Assembly: GCA_964106645.2 (NCBI GenBank)
Contig: OZ067047.1
DNA: 64,000 bases
Source of the DNA: Podarcis pityusensis
Taxonomy: Eukaryota
Strand: one strand, 5' to 3'
The notes under the pieces were generated by a model. The model saw nothing but the letters and a program-made list of their open reading frames with translations. It had not been told where the DNA came from and made no database searches. Position numbers and translations under genes: made by a program. Positions 12,438-25,799 of the stretch are shown here, one piece after another; the stretch's first letter is position 1; every line of letters starts with the position of its first letter.

Positions 12438-12760
12438 GTTGGCAGTTCAAATCCCCACGATGGGGTGAGCTCCCATTGCTCTGTCCCAGCTCCTGCCAAT
12501 CTATCAGTTTGAAAGCACACCAGTGCAAGTAGATAAATAGGTACCGCTGCGGCGGGAAGGTAAATGGCGTTTCCATGAGCTCTGGTTTCTGTCACAGTGT
12601 CCCATTGTGCCAGAAGCGGTTTAGTCATGCTGACCACATGACCCGGAAAGCTGTCTGTAGACAAACGCCAGCTCCCTCGGCCTGAAAGCGAGATGAGTGC
12701 CGCAACCCCATAGTCGCCTTTGACTGGACTTAACCATCCAGAGGTTCTTTACTTTTACCT
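12438..12760 (+). mobile_element. Sauria (Squam1) SINE
   Basis: B-box-like GTTCAAATCC, core GTGCAAGTAGATAAATAGGTACC, tail TTTACTTTTACCT. Confidence 0.9.
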
Positions 12761-13184
12761 GTTAGCCATTGTTTTAACTATAAAATGAAAATGATTTAAT
12801 AATAATAATAATAAAGGAATGCATTGCCCACTGCTGCTGCCATGGTGCTACAGTATGCTGCTTGGATGCCAGATCTGCCAGCTCCTCAGCAGCCCTGACA
12901 GTGCCGCCATTGGTCTACTTCTACCCTGGTTCCCGATGTAGCTACTTATTCTGCCCTCCACCTCACGCCCCGTTCCTGATGTATCTTCACTCAGCACTTC
13001 CAGACCCTCCAAGTGTTCCAGGAACAGTTATTGATTTACAGAAGCCATCCTGCTTTCTGCTTTGATCCTGGGATGTCCCATTATTTCCTTAGGATGTCCC
13101 TTTTTTCATCGGAGAAATCAGGAGGGTATGGAATGATGCGACCCCCTGAGCCAAGGAGATAAGTAACTATACAACCTTTAGGAG

Positions 13185-13328
13185 ATATCTGCAGCCCTGT
13201 ATAGGAGAGTTTTTCAATGTTTAATGTTTTATTATGTTTTTGTATATGTTGGAAGCTGCCCAAAGTGGCTGGGTCAACGCAGTCAGATGGGCAGAGTATA
13301 AATAATAAAGTTGTTGTTGTTGTTGTTG
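13185..13328 (+). mobile_element. L2 3' end with (GTT)n tail, nested in a hAT-like MITE (about 13000-13372)
   Basis: GCAGCCCTGTATAGGAGAGTTTTT...CAGTCAGATGGGCAGAGTATAAATAATAAAG(TTG)n. Flanking GACCCTCCAA / TTGGAGGGTG inverted ends. Confidence 0.7.
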
Positions 13329-13400
13329 AATATGATGTCCATATTTTCATTGGAGAAACGTTGGAGGGTGTGTGCTTCTTTCCTGGTGGGAGGGGAGGGG

Positions 13401-13490
13401 CATAGCTGTCAACTTTCCCCTTTTTTTAAGGGAAATTCCCTTATTCCGAATAGGATTCCTCGCAAGAAAAGGGAAAAGTTGACAGCTATG
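13401..13490. mobile_element. 90-bp hAT MITE
   Basis: TIR CATAGCTGTCAACTTT / AAAGTTGACAGCTATG; 8-bp TSD GGGAGGGG / GGTAGGGG. Confidence 0.85.
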
Positions 13491-14327
13491 GGTAGGGGAC
13501 ACAATTTTGCAGTTTGCATCAGGTACCAAAATGTCTTGGGCTAGCCCTGCTGTTAGGAATCATACTATAATCAGGGCTGAGAATTCTGTAGTTTCTCCCC
13601 CTGTCTTTTTCCAGATAATGTTTCAAGGTTGTACTTTCAATATTCTTTCTTAAGGCACCTGTCCAGACTTGTACAATGAGATATATTTTAGTCAGCTGCA
13701 AATATTCTACATACACCCCAGAAAGATTAGTGAATGAAATCCCTGTTGGTGCAAAAATGATCCATGTGGTACATTTTACCCTATCAATATATTTGCCGCA
13801 TTCCTCCACAGGAAAAGTTTGTGCTTTTAAAAGAAACCAGCAATGCAATGAATCAAGGTGCGGCAGATGAAACTGCCTTGTAATAGTGAGTCTTCTAATA
13901 AGAATGTATTTTATTTTGAAGCGATAACAAATGACAAACCAATTACAGCTAGCCTCAGTTATTGTTCGTAAATTATACACAGCTGATTTTATTAGTTCTA
14001 ATTTTATGGCTGTTCTCGTCCTGCCCTTTTATTACCTAATGTCTGCTGACCCAGCATTATTCAGCTGATTAACAACTTCCAACATTCGGACAGCTATAAT
14101 AGGAATTTTAGCAGCCATAGGATCAACTCTATTGCAACCTCAAATCTCACGCTCAAATATCCATTATTCCTCACATTTTTTCAGGAAAGATAAGAGGCAT
14201 TCATGACCAAAGTCCAGAAAGTGGATCAAATTGAATGGCGCCATGCAAACCCTGTAGAAACGCCAAGCTGTTTAAAGCAGTATTCTGAGACAGAAAAGTG
14301 TCCATCTCAGGCCTTATTGATATCATA

Positions 14328-14569
14328 CAGTGGTACCTCAGGTTAAAGACACTTCAGCTTACAGACGCTTCAGGTTACAGACTCTGCTAACCCAGAAATA
14401 GTACCTCAGGTTAAGAACTTTACCTCAGGATGAGAACAGAAATCGCACGGTGGCGGCACGGTGGCAGCGGGAGGCCCCACTAGCTAAAGAGGTACCTCAG
14501 GTTAAGAACAGTTTCAGGTTAAGAACAGACCTCCAGAACGAATTAGGTTCTTAACCCGAGGTACCACTG
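14328..14569 (+). mobile_element. Tc1/mariner (pogo/Tigger-like) MITE
   Basis: TIR CAGTGGTACCTCAGGTTAA / TTAACCCGAGGTACCACTG with TA TSD. Reverse complement of 31691-31931. Confidence 0.9.
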
Positions 14570-14612
14570 TACAGTTAAAGTACTTTGATACCACTTTAAA
14601 TAGTCATGGTTT

Positions 14613-14652
<40 letters not shown>

Positions 14653-14700
14653 TACTTGTACACAACCCATCTGACTGGGTTGTCCCAGCCACTCTGGGGA
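14613..14700 (-). mobile_element. L2 extreme 3' end with (AAC)n microsatellite tail
   Basis: (AAC)~13 followed by CCCATCTGACTGGGTTGTCCCAGCCACTCTGGG. Confidence 0.75.
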
Positions 14701-14838
14701 GCTCTATTTTGTTGATTCTGGGAGTTGTAGTTTGTCAAGGGTGTTGAGAGATGTGCGGAAACCTGTGTTCCCCTTACAGAACTACATTTCCCAGGGTTCA
14801 CTGTGAGGAAGGATTTCTTGTAAAACACCTCTGGGAGG

Positions 14839-15021
14839 CAGATGTGCCAACAAATAAAATATGGGGGGGGCAGGTGAGCCCCGCCCCACATAACCAATCA
14901 CATGACATGTTGTACCCACATCATTTGAATGGCAGTGCTCATCAACTTTGGGGCCCCCGGTCCCCTCAAATGTTTTAGGGGGGGCTGAAGCCCCTGAAGC
15001 CCCTAGGAGTTGGCTCCTATG
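14839..15021 (-). mobile_element. hAT-type MITE nested in an older palindromic MITE (about 14715-15110)
   Basis: 8-bp TSD CTGGGAGG / CTGGGAGA; same family as 559-1187. Confidence 0.8.
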
Positions 15022-17209
15022 CTGGGAGAGGAATAGGGGTGTCCTATAAACTCTCACCACCCTTAACTATAGCTCCCAGAATTCTTTGGAAGAGAGCCAT
15101 GACTGTTAAAGTGCTTTAAGTGTAGGATGTAAATGTGCAACACACTTACAAGAAGTAAACACATTGAATCCAGTGAGTACATATGTATATGTTTGCACTA
15201 TTCATAAGGTGAATGCCAATTGTGATCCAAGTTACAGTCTTGGAATCTTTCATGGACAGTTGAGAATCCTTTATTTCCATTCAGTTTCATTGTCCCTTGA
15301 GACATCTAAGTCTCCACGCAAGGCAGGAGCTGACCTAATTGTTGAGCATTAAGTTGCGTGTTCATCAGTGTACTTGGACTGAGCTGAACAAGGGTGACAA
15401 AACAAAAGTTTTACCTGGCTGTCTCATTGTCAGAGTCCTTCCCATACACAGTTTCTCAACTACAAGATTTAACACAGAGAATCTGCACTCTTGAACCCGG
15501 GGACATTGAATAGTAATACGTAAGATTGTATATATCTCTTCAAGATTGATCTGAGACTGTATATTCATATTCTTTAAGCTCACATTATTCTGAGTTATAG
15601 TATGTGTTGCATTGAGATATTTAGTCTACAGTATACTCTTATTCCGTATACCAGAGTTGTACTGTACTTGATGAACTTGATGACCAAGCATTCATTTTTA
15701 CAAGAGCATTTTGTGTATACGTGCAAAACAAAGAGGGAGCTTGCTTTCCATAGATCCTGACATAGTGGATGCCAAAATAAAAATGAACTGAAGCACAAAA
15801 CTGGTTGAATGCTTTTAGTGTTAAATCTGCTGAATTACAACATAAAAAGATATCACGCTTGCTTTCAGTGGTAAAAAGGTTTAATGTAATTCTGTTAACC
15901 TTACTGTAGTTCAGGATAACAAAATTAGAAGTTCATTTGCATGTCTAATATATATGTTTGGATGCTGCTTTTGTCAGATTGAAAATTAATATGATGAATT
16001 AAGCTGAAAAAGAGCCTACAAACCTTGCTTATTGTGTATTTGTCTTTCATACACTTCATTAACACTGTGTTGCTTATGCTTATTGGACCAAAGGAAGTTT
16101 GTTAGCTAACATTATGCCATGTGAGTTTCAACGACTGTGAGTGATGTTGTTGTTGTGCTGTGTTTTTCCATTACAATGCACTGAGAAATATCCAAATTAG
16201 CTGGAGCAAAAGAGGCACAAAAAGCCCATGGCTGCAATACATTGCTGGGGGTTTTTGTATGAGCTTGGTGATCCTGGCTTGAGCATTCAACATGGTAATT
16301 TTCAGACCACATTCTGAAGCATAATGTTCAGGGGGCGAAAATCACTTCTAAGCATATGAAAGAATAGGTGGTCTAATACAAATTAGACCAACTATTTTAT
16401 ATGTTTAGAATTCTTTTCTTTTTATTGCACATTATTATGCTTCAGGATTTCATTTTTTTCTGTGGGATTGGCTTCTCTGGTAATGCTTATATGTGAAGGG
16501 TACCAAATGTCATCCTCCAAAAAGAGAATGCAATAGGAAGAAGATGCTCAGATGAGAATCTAATTGAGAGAAGACGGCTGAGTAGGCAGGGCAAGGCAGG
16601 GCATCAAAACAAAACACTTCAAAGAAGTGCTGCTGTGACTCAGGCCACAGAAGGAGGTTTGTGTTGAAAGGCTAAATCTTGCAGCCTTTTCTTTTTTTTT
16701 GCAAGGCATCAATTCCATAGGATTCTAACTGTGGAGTTGAGGAGAGACCCTTTCACAACCCAAGGGCAACATTACATTCTGAACAACCCTCAAAGAACTT
16801 CAGTTCAACAGTGGAATTGATGTTTCTCATCCATGCAAGGTTTTTTCAACACATGTCATTCTCATCAAAATGCCAGCCTGTGTTTTCAACAATAGAGCAT
16901 GTGCTTCTCCAGTTCCTATATTATAGAGACATTCGTATTAGCCTTATCTCCCCACTACTCGATAAGTACCCAAGGCGCACAGGACAACTCTATACCTCCC
17001 TGCTGCTTTCAGATACCAACCCTGCTACGTTGACAGGTTCTGCAAAGCAGTGTTCAAAATTCGTCAGATGATGACCTGTGCCACAAACTAGATTTAATGA
17101 ACATTCATATCAGAGTTCTCTGTAAACTGATATCCATAGCCTTTTATATACAGTAGTTCCTCTTTCTCATTAGACAGCAAAGAGAAAAGGGGGTGAAGGG
17201 GAGAGGCAC

Positions 17210-17567
17210 ACTGTGGACACAAACCCTGATTGGGAGAGAGCAAAGGCTACATCTTCCGTGTTGCAGGGCAGTCCTCTTCTGGCCCCTTCTACCCCACCCC
17301 CCTTTCTCAGAGCGATAAAGGAGAGCTGAAAAACAGAAAGAACAGGTAAGAAAGAACAGGTAAGAAAAGCTGAATCATGCCAGAAGAATGCACAGAGAGA
17401 AATGCTTAAATAAGCGAAGGAGGGTAGGGCTTTCCGGCTTCTTCAACTTTCATACCCTCAGAACCAGGGTAGCCTTGGTTGTGAAGCAATAAAGTTATTT
17501 GCCTTCAAATCGCGTTCCTGTTCCTGATTTACACCCCAGTCGGCAAGGCTATTCTGGCAGCCTGACA
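17210..17567 (+). mobile_element. Possible partial LTR
   Basis: AATAAA at about 17488 followed by a U5-like segment ending ...CCTGACA against an L2 fragment. The 5' end is not defined. Confidence 0.35.
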
Positions 17568-18125
17568 CATAGTTGCTAATCTGTTTGACATCTGCTGGGA
17601 GGACGTTCCACACAGCAGGCACGACTACCGAAAAGGTCCTCTGTCTGGTTCCCTGTAACCTCACTTCTCACAATGAGGGAACCACCAGAAGGCCCCCAGA
17701 GTTGGATCTCTGTGTCCAGGCTGGACGATGGGTGTAGACAGTGGTGGGGGAACCCTCTCCATCACCTGGGGAGGTACGCCGAGGGACAGGGCAAACCGCC
17801 TGGCAACCCGATCAGACTGCACACGTGCGGCAGCCTGTACAGATGCCCGTATGGATGCCATGCGAGTGGCAGCCCGTACGGATGCCATGAGTGGCGCCCA
17901 TACTGACTGCGTGCACATCCTTCGTCACTCCACAGCTGGGGGGAGGCTGCGGCCCATCTTGTCACCCCCCCCCCAGGGTGGCACCCGGGGCAAACCGCCC
18001 CCTCTGCCACCCCTTTGTACGCCACCGGGTGTGGAGATGCTCCTTCAGGTATACAGAGCCGAAGCCGTTTAGGGCTTTAAAGGTCAGCACCAAGACTCTG
18101 AAGTGTGCTCGGAAACGTACTGGAA
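17568..18125 (-). mobile_element. L2 3' fragment interrupted by a hAT MITE
   Basis: Minus strand gives VLVLTFKALNGFGSVYLKEHL and RLQGTRQRTFSVVVPAVWNVLP. Confidence 0.8.
17739..18027. mobile_element. GC-rich hAT (Tip100-like) MITE
   Basis: Ends CAGTGGTG / GTACGCCACCG; 8-bp TSD GGTGTAGA (17731-17738) / GGTGTGGA (18028-18035). Confidence 0.8.
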
Positions 18126-19064
18126 AACATACATTTAGAGAGAGATGACTGAACTATACAAATCCTATGTACCATCCATGAGCAAGAGGGAGGAAATGCC
18201 ACATTTTGGGGCAGAACCCAAAGGCGCACACATAGGATAATGAGGCTAGAACATGCTACGTGGTCCTGGAATGCTGACTTACTGTGGAGTGGGGGAACAG
18301 TCTGTATTGCAACACTGTGTGGTGACCTTGGTTGTTCTTGTGTCTGGCAATAAGATATCAGGGAAGAGGAAGCCTCGCCTGCTCCATGTTTATGAATTTA
18401 GACAAGTTTACACAATGACAAGCATTGGAATAAATTAGTCAGAGCCCTTACTAAGTCTCCAACAAAGAGGTGAAATAAACAAGACAGGCTATAATCAAGC
18501 TAGTGAATTACGAAGGCACATTTCCCCCCGCTGTGCACAAGGTTTGTGTGACTAAGAATTCTTAATCTTACTAATCTGTTACTGTTTCCTTGATAAACCT
18601 GAAGTTGCACTGACAGTTTCAAGATCCTTGTCTTATTTATAAGCATAAAAAGAGCAGAAGCAAAAAACATTGGGCTGGATGGGCTATGGGCTATTATTTT
18701 TGCTGTGGTGTAACCTGATCCATAGTTCCACTGACTTCTCACTAAATTTATAGGAATCACATTAACAGAAATTCACCACAGTTATCAAATGGAATATTGC
18801 CACAGAATATTGTATAATATTTTAATGGATGAGGTACACAACTGATTCTATGCACAGGTGTTGATTATTTAAAGAAATCAGTATTTAAAATTTATTTCAT
18901 GATGTATCACCAGACACAGATCTCATCACATAAACATGTGCTCCCAGAACATACTCCTTTGTCAGGTAACAAGATGGTAATAATTTTCTAAATGCAAGAT
19001 TAAAACAAAAGTTGTGATCACTAAATGCAATAAAAATTGACATCAACTACAAATTATTGTACTT

Positions 19065-19205
19065 AGAATCATAGAATTGTAGAGTTGGAAGGGACCACAA
19101 GGATCATCTAGTCCAATGCCCTGCAATGCAGGAATATTTTGCCCAAGGTGGGGCTTGAACTCACAACGCTGAGATTAGGAGTCTCATGCTCTACTGACTG
19201 AGCTA
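19065..19205 (-). mobile_element. tRNA-Lys-derived SINE with CR1 3' tail
   Basis: Minus strand TAGCTCAGTCAGTAGAGCATGAGACTCCTAATCTCAGCGTTGTGAGTTCAAGCCCCACCTTGGGC is a decayed tRNA-Lys(CTT), followed by the CR1 tail TTCCAACTCTACAATTCTATGATTCT. Not a functional tRNA. Confidence 0.85.
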
Positions 19206-20289
19206 TTCTAAATCAACAAGGGGAGGAGCTTATGCAACCTAAGAAGAGCACTGCTGGGTCAACCAAGGACCCATCTAGTCCAGCATTCTGTTCTCACAGT
19301 GGCCAACCCAGGAGAAGCCTGCAAAGGGGAACTCTCTCTACTTGTGATTCCCAGCAACTGGTATTCAGAGACATTGGCGAACAAGACTTGGGAGCTTATT
19401 AGACTCCACTCCTACATTTTAAACTTCTAGAATCATTATGGATGCCGCAGGTACCTAAAATGTCTACTGAGAGCTAGACGATAATAACAATGGCAACAGG
19501 TTGTTTTTATTTCAGGCTGGCTTTTTTACCATTTAAATAATTAGTAGGAGAGAAGAACATGGGAAGGTGCCTTGCATTTGGTCCATTTCACCCAGTGGCC
19601 TCTGCTTCAAGGGCAGTAGCCCTTCAAGTCTTAAGCAGAATGCCTTTTATGGCTCTGATACCCAGAATCCTTTTAATCAGAGATATCTTTTGTATGGAAA
19701 ACATGTGCTTTACAACTGAGCCATGGGCAGGCCCTCTTCTCAATCTGATTTGGGATAGTGAAGAAACCGGCTGTTAAACTTTGCATCCAGTGAGAAAATC
19801 TCCATTTCCCTCCTTTTATCCTCCAGTTTAGAAGAACTCCAGACAGGCAGGAGGAAAGAGTTATGGCAATGTGTGAAGTCTCTATTCAAGTAAGACACAA
19901 AAAAGTTGTGAAGAGTAATGAAGCACCACTTAATGCCAACATTAAATTATATAAATGAGTTTCTTTCTAATTATAGAGTTGTGAGAGCAGCTCTGTGTTC
20001 AAGGTGTGCTAATGGTCTGCTCAAATCACACACGCAAGAATGTTCCTTATAACATTGAGAAGATTTGTTCCGTTGCTATGAAATTTGACCTCTTCAACAA
20101 ACGAGTTTCCAAAATCACATGAAATATTTGTGCACTAATGTTATGGAAGACTTAGAGAACACACCAGCTGGGAACTAGGCAATAACTTTATTGTCTCTAT
20201 CAAGAATAGAACAGGATCAGAAAACACCTGTTTCCACCCAGATACAACTACGCAAGTCCAGTGTCATTTAAGAAGTTTGTTTTCTTTTT

Positions 20290-20445
20290 TAAAATATGTT
20301 TCTTTTTTGCCATTCTTCCAAGGAATTCAAGGCATTGCATAACTTCCAAACCTCCACGTTATCCTCACAACAACCTTGTGACGTATGTCGGTCTAAGACA
20401 GTGAGACTTGTCCAATGACATTGAGTTAGTTCCATGGCTAGGATG
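20290..20445 (-). mobile_element. MIR/CORE-SINE relic
   Basis: TTATCCTCACAACAACCTTGTGA...GTGAGACTTGTCCAA resembles the CORE domain. Confidence 0.55.
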
Positions 20446-21958
20446 GTGCAGCAAAATAAGCCGTCTCTGAGCATTCCATGATTTACATTCTTGTACTTTG
20501 AACTCACAGACTTCATTTTACTAAAATGTATTACTTTCTCAGTCCAGCTGCCTTCTTCAGATAAGTGTTTCTCTTATCTAAGAATCAGGACACACACAGA
20601 GAGATTTATAAAAGGGAAAAAAATGAATCTCTTAAACCAAGCTCAAAAAAATTCTTCTCCTTGCTTGCCAAGTATGAATTCAGTTGCAAGATATTTAAAG
20701 CTGGCCTCCACCACTTGGACCACTTGGTAGAGGGCACCCCACCACCCAAAAAACCATCCTTTGCCTTTACGAACAAAAGTGAATATGGCATTGCAGTCCG
20801 TAGAACGAACTGAATAGAATAGTAGTAGGAACAAGAGGTTAAGGGAGCAATCGTGCATTTAAAAGGGATCTAACGCCTTGCAAAATCCAAGTTAACAGCA
20901 GATGCCTGAAAATGGACATGGAAGACATTTTAAGATCTTTTCTGACCTATTTGACAGGCAATAAAACACATTTCCATTAGCTCATCTATCATATATCCAT
21001 CTTTAACTTGTACAGTGCCCTTAAGTGGTGACATTCACAAGCTCTTGAATTAAGCTTGCTATGTTTCAGGAAGTGCTGCTCTCGCGGTGCACGAAATAAT
21101 GGATAGTTGAAACGGAATAATAGTTATCCTTAATAAGGAAGCTAGCTCCCATTTTGTTTTGTTTTTAACCCATGTTACGTTAAAAATATAAATACTAATT
21201 TGGCATCTATTTATTTTGTGGATAACTTTTTCAGCTTCACTTCTATGGGTTTTTGCTTATGTTGACAATGCAACTCTTGCCCAATTCTCTTTATCCTTGT
21301 CAACATGGTAAAGTCACTACCATGGACAAAGGAACAAATGCAAATACAAATTATACCTTTGTACACTGCATACCGTGCAATTGCCCCCAAAATCCCAGGA
21401 ATGTTCCCCAAACCCTCTAGCCATCATGGCTTCTCACAGTGCCACAGAGAGTCTTGATTTTGCAAGCAGCTTCCTTTCAGCACAGCATTTCAGTGTGTTG
21501 CACTTTTCTTAGATCTGTGCCTCCCACTCCCTTCCAGTACCCCCACTCAGTAAGTGTCACTTCCTGTTGTTTTTTATGAAAACAAGAACCAAGTCACATG
21601 AATACCCCTAAGAAAGTTTTGGCTCTGGCTTGCTTCACTCAGCCACTGCATCCCAGCCTCAGAGGATGAGGGGGTGAGGGGGCAGGGACAATGACACTAT
21701 TTTTATCTGAGGTATGTTGGAGGCCTGAAACTGGCTAGTCTTACACACATTCATACACCCTTCTCTATCCTCCATCTACTCAAGCAGGGAGTTCAAGGCT
21801 ACATTCCAGACTAGCAAAAGCACTAAAGTGAGGAATGTGGCCTGAGGTGAGTTTGGATGAAGAAGAGTGCTGAGGGCCTGGAGGGCCACAGTTACCACCC
21901 AAGGCTTATACTTCCACACTGCCTCTTGACAACCTGTTTCAGGAACTGGTAGGACATA

Positions 21959-22208
21959 CAGCGGTACCCCAGAAGTTGAACGGAATCCATTCTGGAAGTC
22001 CGTTCAACTTCCAAAACGTTCGGAAACCAAGACGCGGCTTCTGATTGGCTGCAGGAAGCTCCTGCAGCCAATCAGAAGCCATGGAAGTCGCATCAGATGT
22101 TCGGGTTCCAAAGAACGTTCGCAAACCGAAACATTCACTTCCGGGTTTGCAGCGTTCAGGAGCCAAAATGTTCAACTCACAGGGCATTTGGGATCCAAGC
22201 TATGACTG
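21959..22208. mobile_element. Tc1/mariner (pogo/Tigger-like) MITE
   Basis: TA-CAGCGGTACCCC ... ATGACTG-TA. Internal palindrome GATTGGCTGCAGGAAGCTCCTGCAGCCAATC is shared with 58749-58988. Confidence 0.8.
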
Positions 22209-22252
22209 TATACTTTAGCTGCTCCATTTCCCCCATAGTCACAGCCACTACT

Positions 22253-23042
22253 GTTTGTGTGGCAAGACCCTCAAGCCAATCCCCCATTAGCATAAAGAAA
22301 TTCACACAGACACAGAATTTTTGTTTAAGGTTATTGGGCAAATTTTTGGGCCACAACTTTATTGATTACAGGAAATGAGAGCAGTATTGGCTTAGGCATT
22401 GGCCAAAGACTATCTCTGACTCCTGCCCCCTTTGCAGGAAGTCTGTAAGGGTAAACCACCCAAAGGGAAACTGCTTTGGGGGAACCCACCTGCCTCTCCC
22501 CCGGTGTTCCCAGAGGCCTGGCATGGCCCTAGCCCCTCAGCAGACTTTGGACAAGATCCAGGCCCCAGATTCCTTTAACGGAATACCCTTGAACAATGGA
22601 GGGGCAGGCGATGGCCGACCTCCCCTCCCCCACTCAACAATAAGCCAATGCCTAACCGCCAAACCTTACAAAGTTGTGATGATTGCTAAGAGGTAGGCAA
22701 AAACCAAGTGGCCCGTGCCAATTTGCCAAATGGAAAAATTCCTACCCGGTCCCCGACCCAAGATGGGCAACCAACCGAAGTCCAAAGCAAGGCCAAAGGA
22801 CACTTAAATTAAAGGGAGGGTGGGCGGGTGTTTGACAGCGTGAAGCAGGTGCTTGGCACACGTCACGCTGCCGCTTTTATACATTCCCCCATGATCACCC
22901 ATTCAAATCGATTGGGCAATAGCCCTGGGTAATCATGGTGGCACCCTGGCGTGAGGGTGATGGCTCCACCCACACCAGGGCAGGGAGGGGACTGGGTTGA
23001 GGGCCTGCCCGCAACCAGGACCATCTATCAAGATGATCCCAT
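22253..23042 (-). mobile_element. DIRS/Ngaro-like non-autonomous element, near complete
   Basis: Minus strand has TATAAAAG, CCCACCCTCCC, GGTAGGAATTTTT and AATAAAGTTGTGGCC. Colinear with 34984-35792. Confidence 0.65.
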
Positions 23043-24084
23043 TTAACAGAGACACTGCTGCTTGAAATGTGATTGATTTTTTTTTTTAATGAAAGATTTG
23101 GAGGGCTCTATTGCCATTTAATTCTTGCTCAGCGCTCCCTGTTGGGCACTCTGGAATCTGAGCTCTTGGTCCCTTGGCACCCCACTGCATGAAAGATGCA
23201 CACTAGATGAAAGGCCATTCAACGCAAGCCATTGTATTAATGAAATTAATGAACATGAGGGTTGCCAGGCACAGCAGCTCTTTTGAAGAGCAATGTAAAA
23301 CACCGCCAAGTCTAGCTATGAAAGATTTTTTAAAAAGCACTTCTAAGGTAAAACTATGAATTTTGGATCCATTACAAGTTGAATAAATTTAAAGCATTTT
23401 TAAACACACACACACACTTGGCTAGCAACAATTCTTCCTTTTTAGTTATCTATAAAAACCAGTCTCTCTTAAGTAGGAAGCCTTACTGGGCATCTGCCTC
23501 AAATCTCAAAAAAACAGATGCAACTTTTAAAATGCAGGTCATGTTGCTAGGTGCACTAACAAGGACCTGCCAAAGGAGACCAAAGGAAAAGAAAAACATC
23601 TTGAAGAGTAGAATTGGCATAACTCTGAGGAATGTCACAACTGGCCTGGAGAACGACGTTTATTGTTTAAACCAAACACCGTCACACACCCACACACCCT
23701 TGAAAAGGGCAGTGCAAAGGTGCAAAGGATTTCACATAGTATGAATGGATTTTCTTCTTTTGTATTAATTGTAATAGTCCGTGAGAGCAGAGGAGAGCCT
23801 CTATCACGTTTCTATGCCCTCCAAAAGCCCAACTGGTTGAATAGCTGCCTTTCCCTGCAGCTCCTTTAAGACCCTTCAGGCAAAGGAGTTCAGTTGAGGG
23901 ATGGAGATGGTAAGGATAGGTGAGAGCTAGATATATTCATTTGGTTATTCTTCTTTGCCATGAAGGCTAACCAAGCATCTTGCCTCATGGAAGCTTCAGA
24001 TGACAAGACCGCCATGTGAGATTCATCCCAACATGTAATGCTCATTCTGTGGATTCTGTAGCCACTTAGTTAAACTGCAAGGGT

Positions 24085-24355
24085 CTCTTCAGTGATGGCC
24101 TCCAACTTGGATGGCTTTTGAAGAGGATTAGACAAATTCATGGAAGATAAGGCTATCAGAGGATTCTAGCCATGATGGCTATGCTCTGTCTCTGCAGTCA
24201 GAGGCTGTACGCATCTGAATAACAGTTACTGCAAATCTCAGGAGATGAGGATGCTCTTGTGCTTGGGATACTGCTTGTGGTATTCCCATGGGTTTCTTGC
24301 TGGCCACTATGAGAACAAGATGCTGGACTTAGGTGTGGGTCACTGGCCTCATGCA
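24085..24355 (+). mobile_element. Old CR1 3' fragment
   Basis: GTGATGGCC...TTGGATGGCTTTTGAAGAGGATTAGACAAATTCATGGA, a CR1 C-terminal/3' UTR motif also seen at about 36670. Confidence 0.7.
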
Positions 24356-25799
24356 GCAGGTACTTCAAATACATAAAGGGGAAAGAAAAGGACCACTTTC
24401 CCTTGTGCCCATAGCAGTGGAAGCCAGGTGGGCTGGTGGGTGCCAGTGGGAAGTAGAAGTTCTTCTCCTGAAAAGAAGTTTTCTTTCCTGGCTTGGATTA
24501 AAATCCAAACTAGGAAAGCACACAGGGGCTTCAAAGGCAAATAGTCGAATTGCAAAGATTCAGACTTTAGCTCAGCCCCTGCTTCCATATGGCTCAGTTT
24601 CACACAGGTGGCTTCTATTTGCTAAACTTATGTATTAAGCATTGATGAATTTAGTTCAAGTCTTCCTATAAAGAAAAGCCTATAAAAGGGAGGATGCACT
24701 TAAGAATGTAGGGTGAGGATTCTCACTCTTCTACCATCAACATCATGCTTTACAAAAATCATAGGTAGCTATTAATCTTTCTCCTTTGGAGGGCTGTGAT
24801 ACAGAGTGGATTTCCTGCTGAGCATTGTGGATTTTCTTTAAAGGTTTTCAGCCCTACAAGGCTAGATAAGCACTATAAGCAGCAGCTGTATTTTTTCCAT
24901 CTAGCTTTGCTAAAATAAAATAAAAAAATTACCAAGGACACCTTCTTGCCATTTGTCCTAACATCTACTACAGTGTAAATTAATCCGTAGGCATCTCAAA
25001 TTTAGTTGACAGCTTAGCACACTTTAAAAATTGGTTTTAAACATGATCTGAAAATGTTAGAGTCTGTATTTGATACATCTGATGGTACTTCCATTCCAAA
25101 CAGAAATGGAATGAGACACAAAAAAGGCTGGCGAGAAATCAATGTTAGCAATAATTATCCTTTGAAATGTATTTTATAATTAATGTTATTAATAGCTCAA
25201 TCTTTTCTGTCAAGAGGAGGTGACACAACCCTAGCCACACCTTTTTTTTCTCCTTTTAGTCTAGGAAGGATGAAAGGGGAACAAAACAAACAAGAGCAAA
25301 ATAAGATATCAGTGGGATATGAGAATTTATTTGAATAGATTTTTCCCCCACCAGTGCCTTCTGAAGAAAGGCAAGAAAACAAAAAAAAAAGGCCCCAAAA
25401 TGGTGCAGTTTCCTTCAGTTTGCCAGTGATTTCTGGAAGCTTATGGGTAGCTACTGAATCTTAAAGCAACTCTACTTCATTCAAAAAAGAAAAAGAAAAC
25501 CCAAAACTGTTTTGTCAGTTTCTAACCAACCTCTGGTTTTTACCAGGGAGCATGGGCACTGAAGCAATGAGCGACTGCAGCCACTATGAGAGAACACAGG
25601 AAGCTGTCGTACTGAGTTGACTCATATGTTCATCTAGTATCTCAGTATTGCTTACACTGACCCAGCAGTGGCTCTTGGGAATTTCCGGGAGGACACACTC
25701 CCAGTCCCAGCCCTAACTGGAGATGCTGTGGGTTGAGCCTGTGACCTTCTTCCCACAAAGCAGTTGTTAGAACCCTTTGCTTCCCCATATTCTTCTCCA

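Noticed and set aside
19140-19205. tRNA-Lys gene
   Set aside because: Acceptor stem and anticodon are mutated and it is fused to a CR1 tail, so it is a SINE head.
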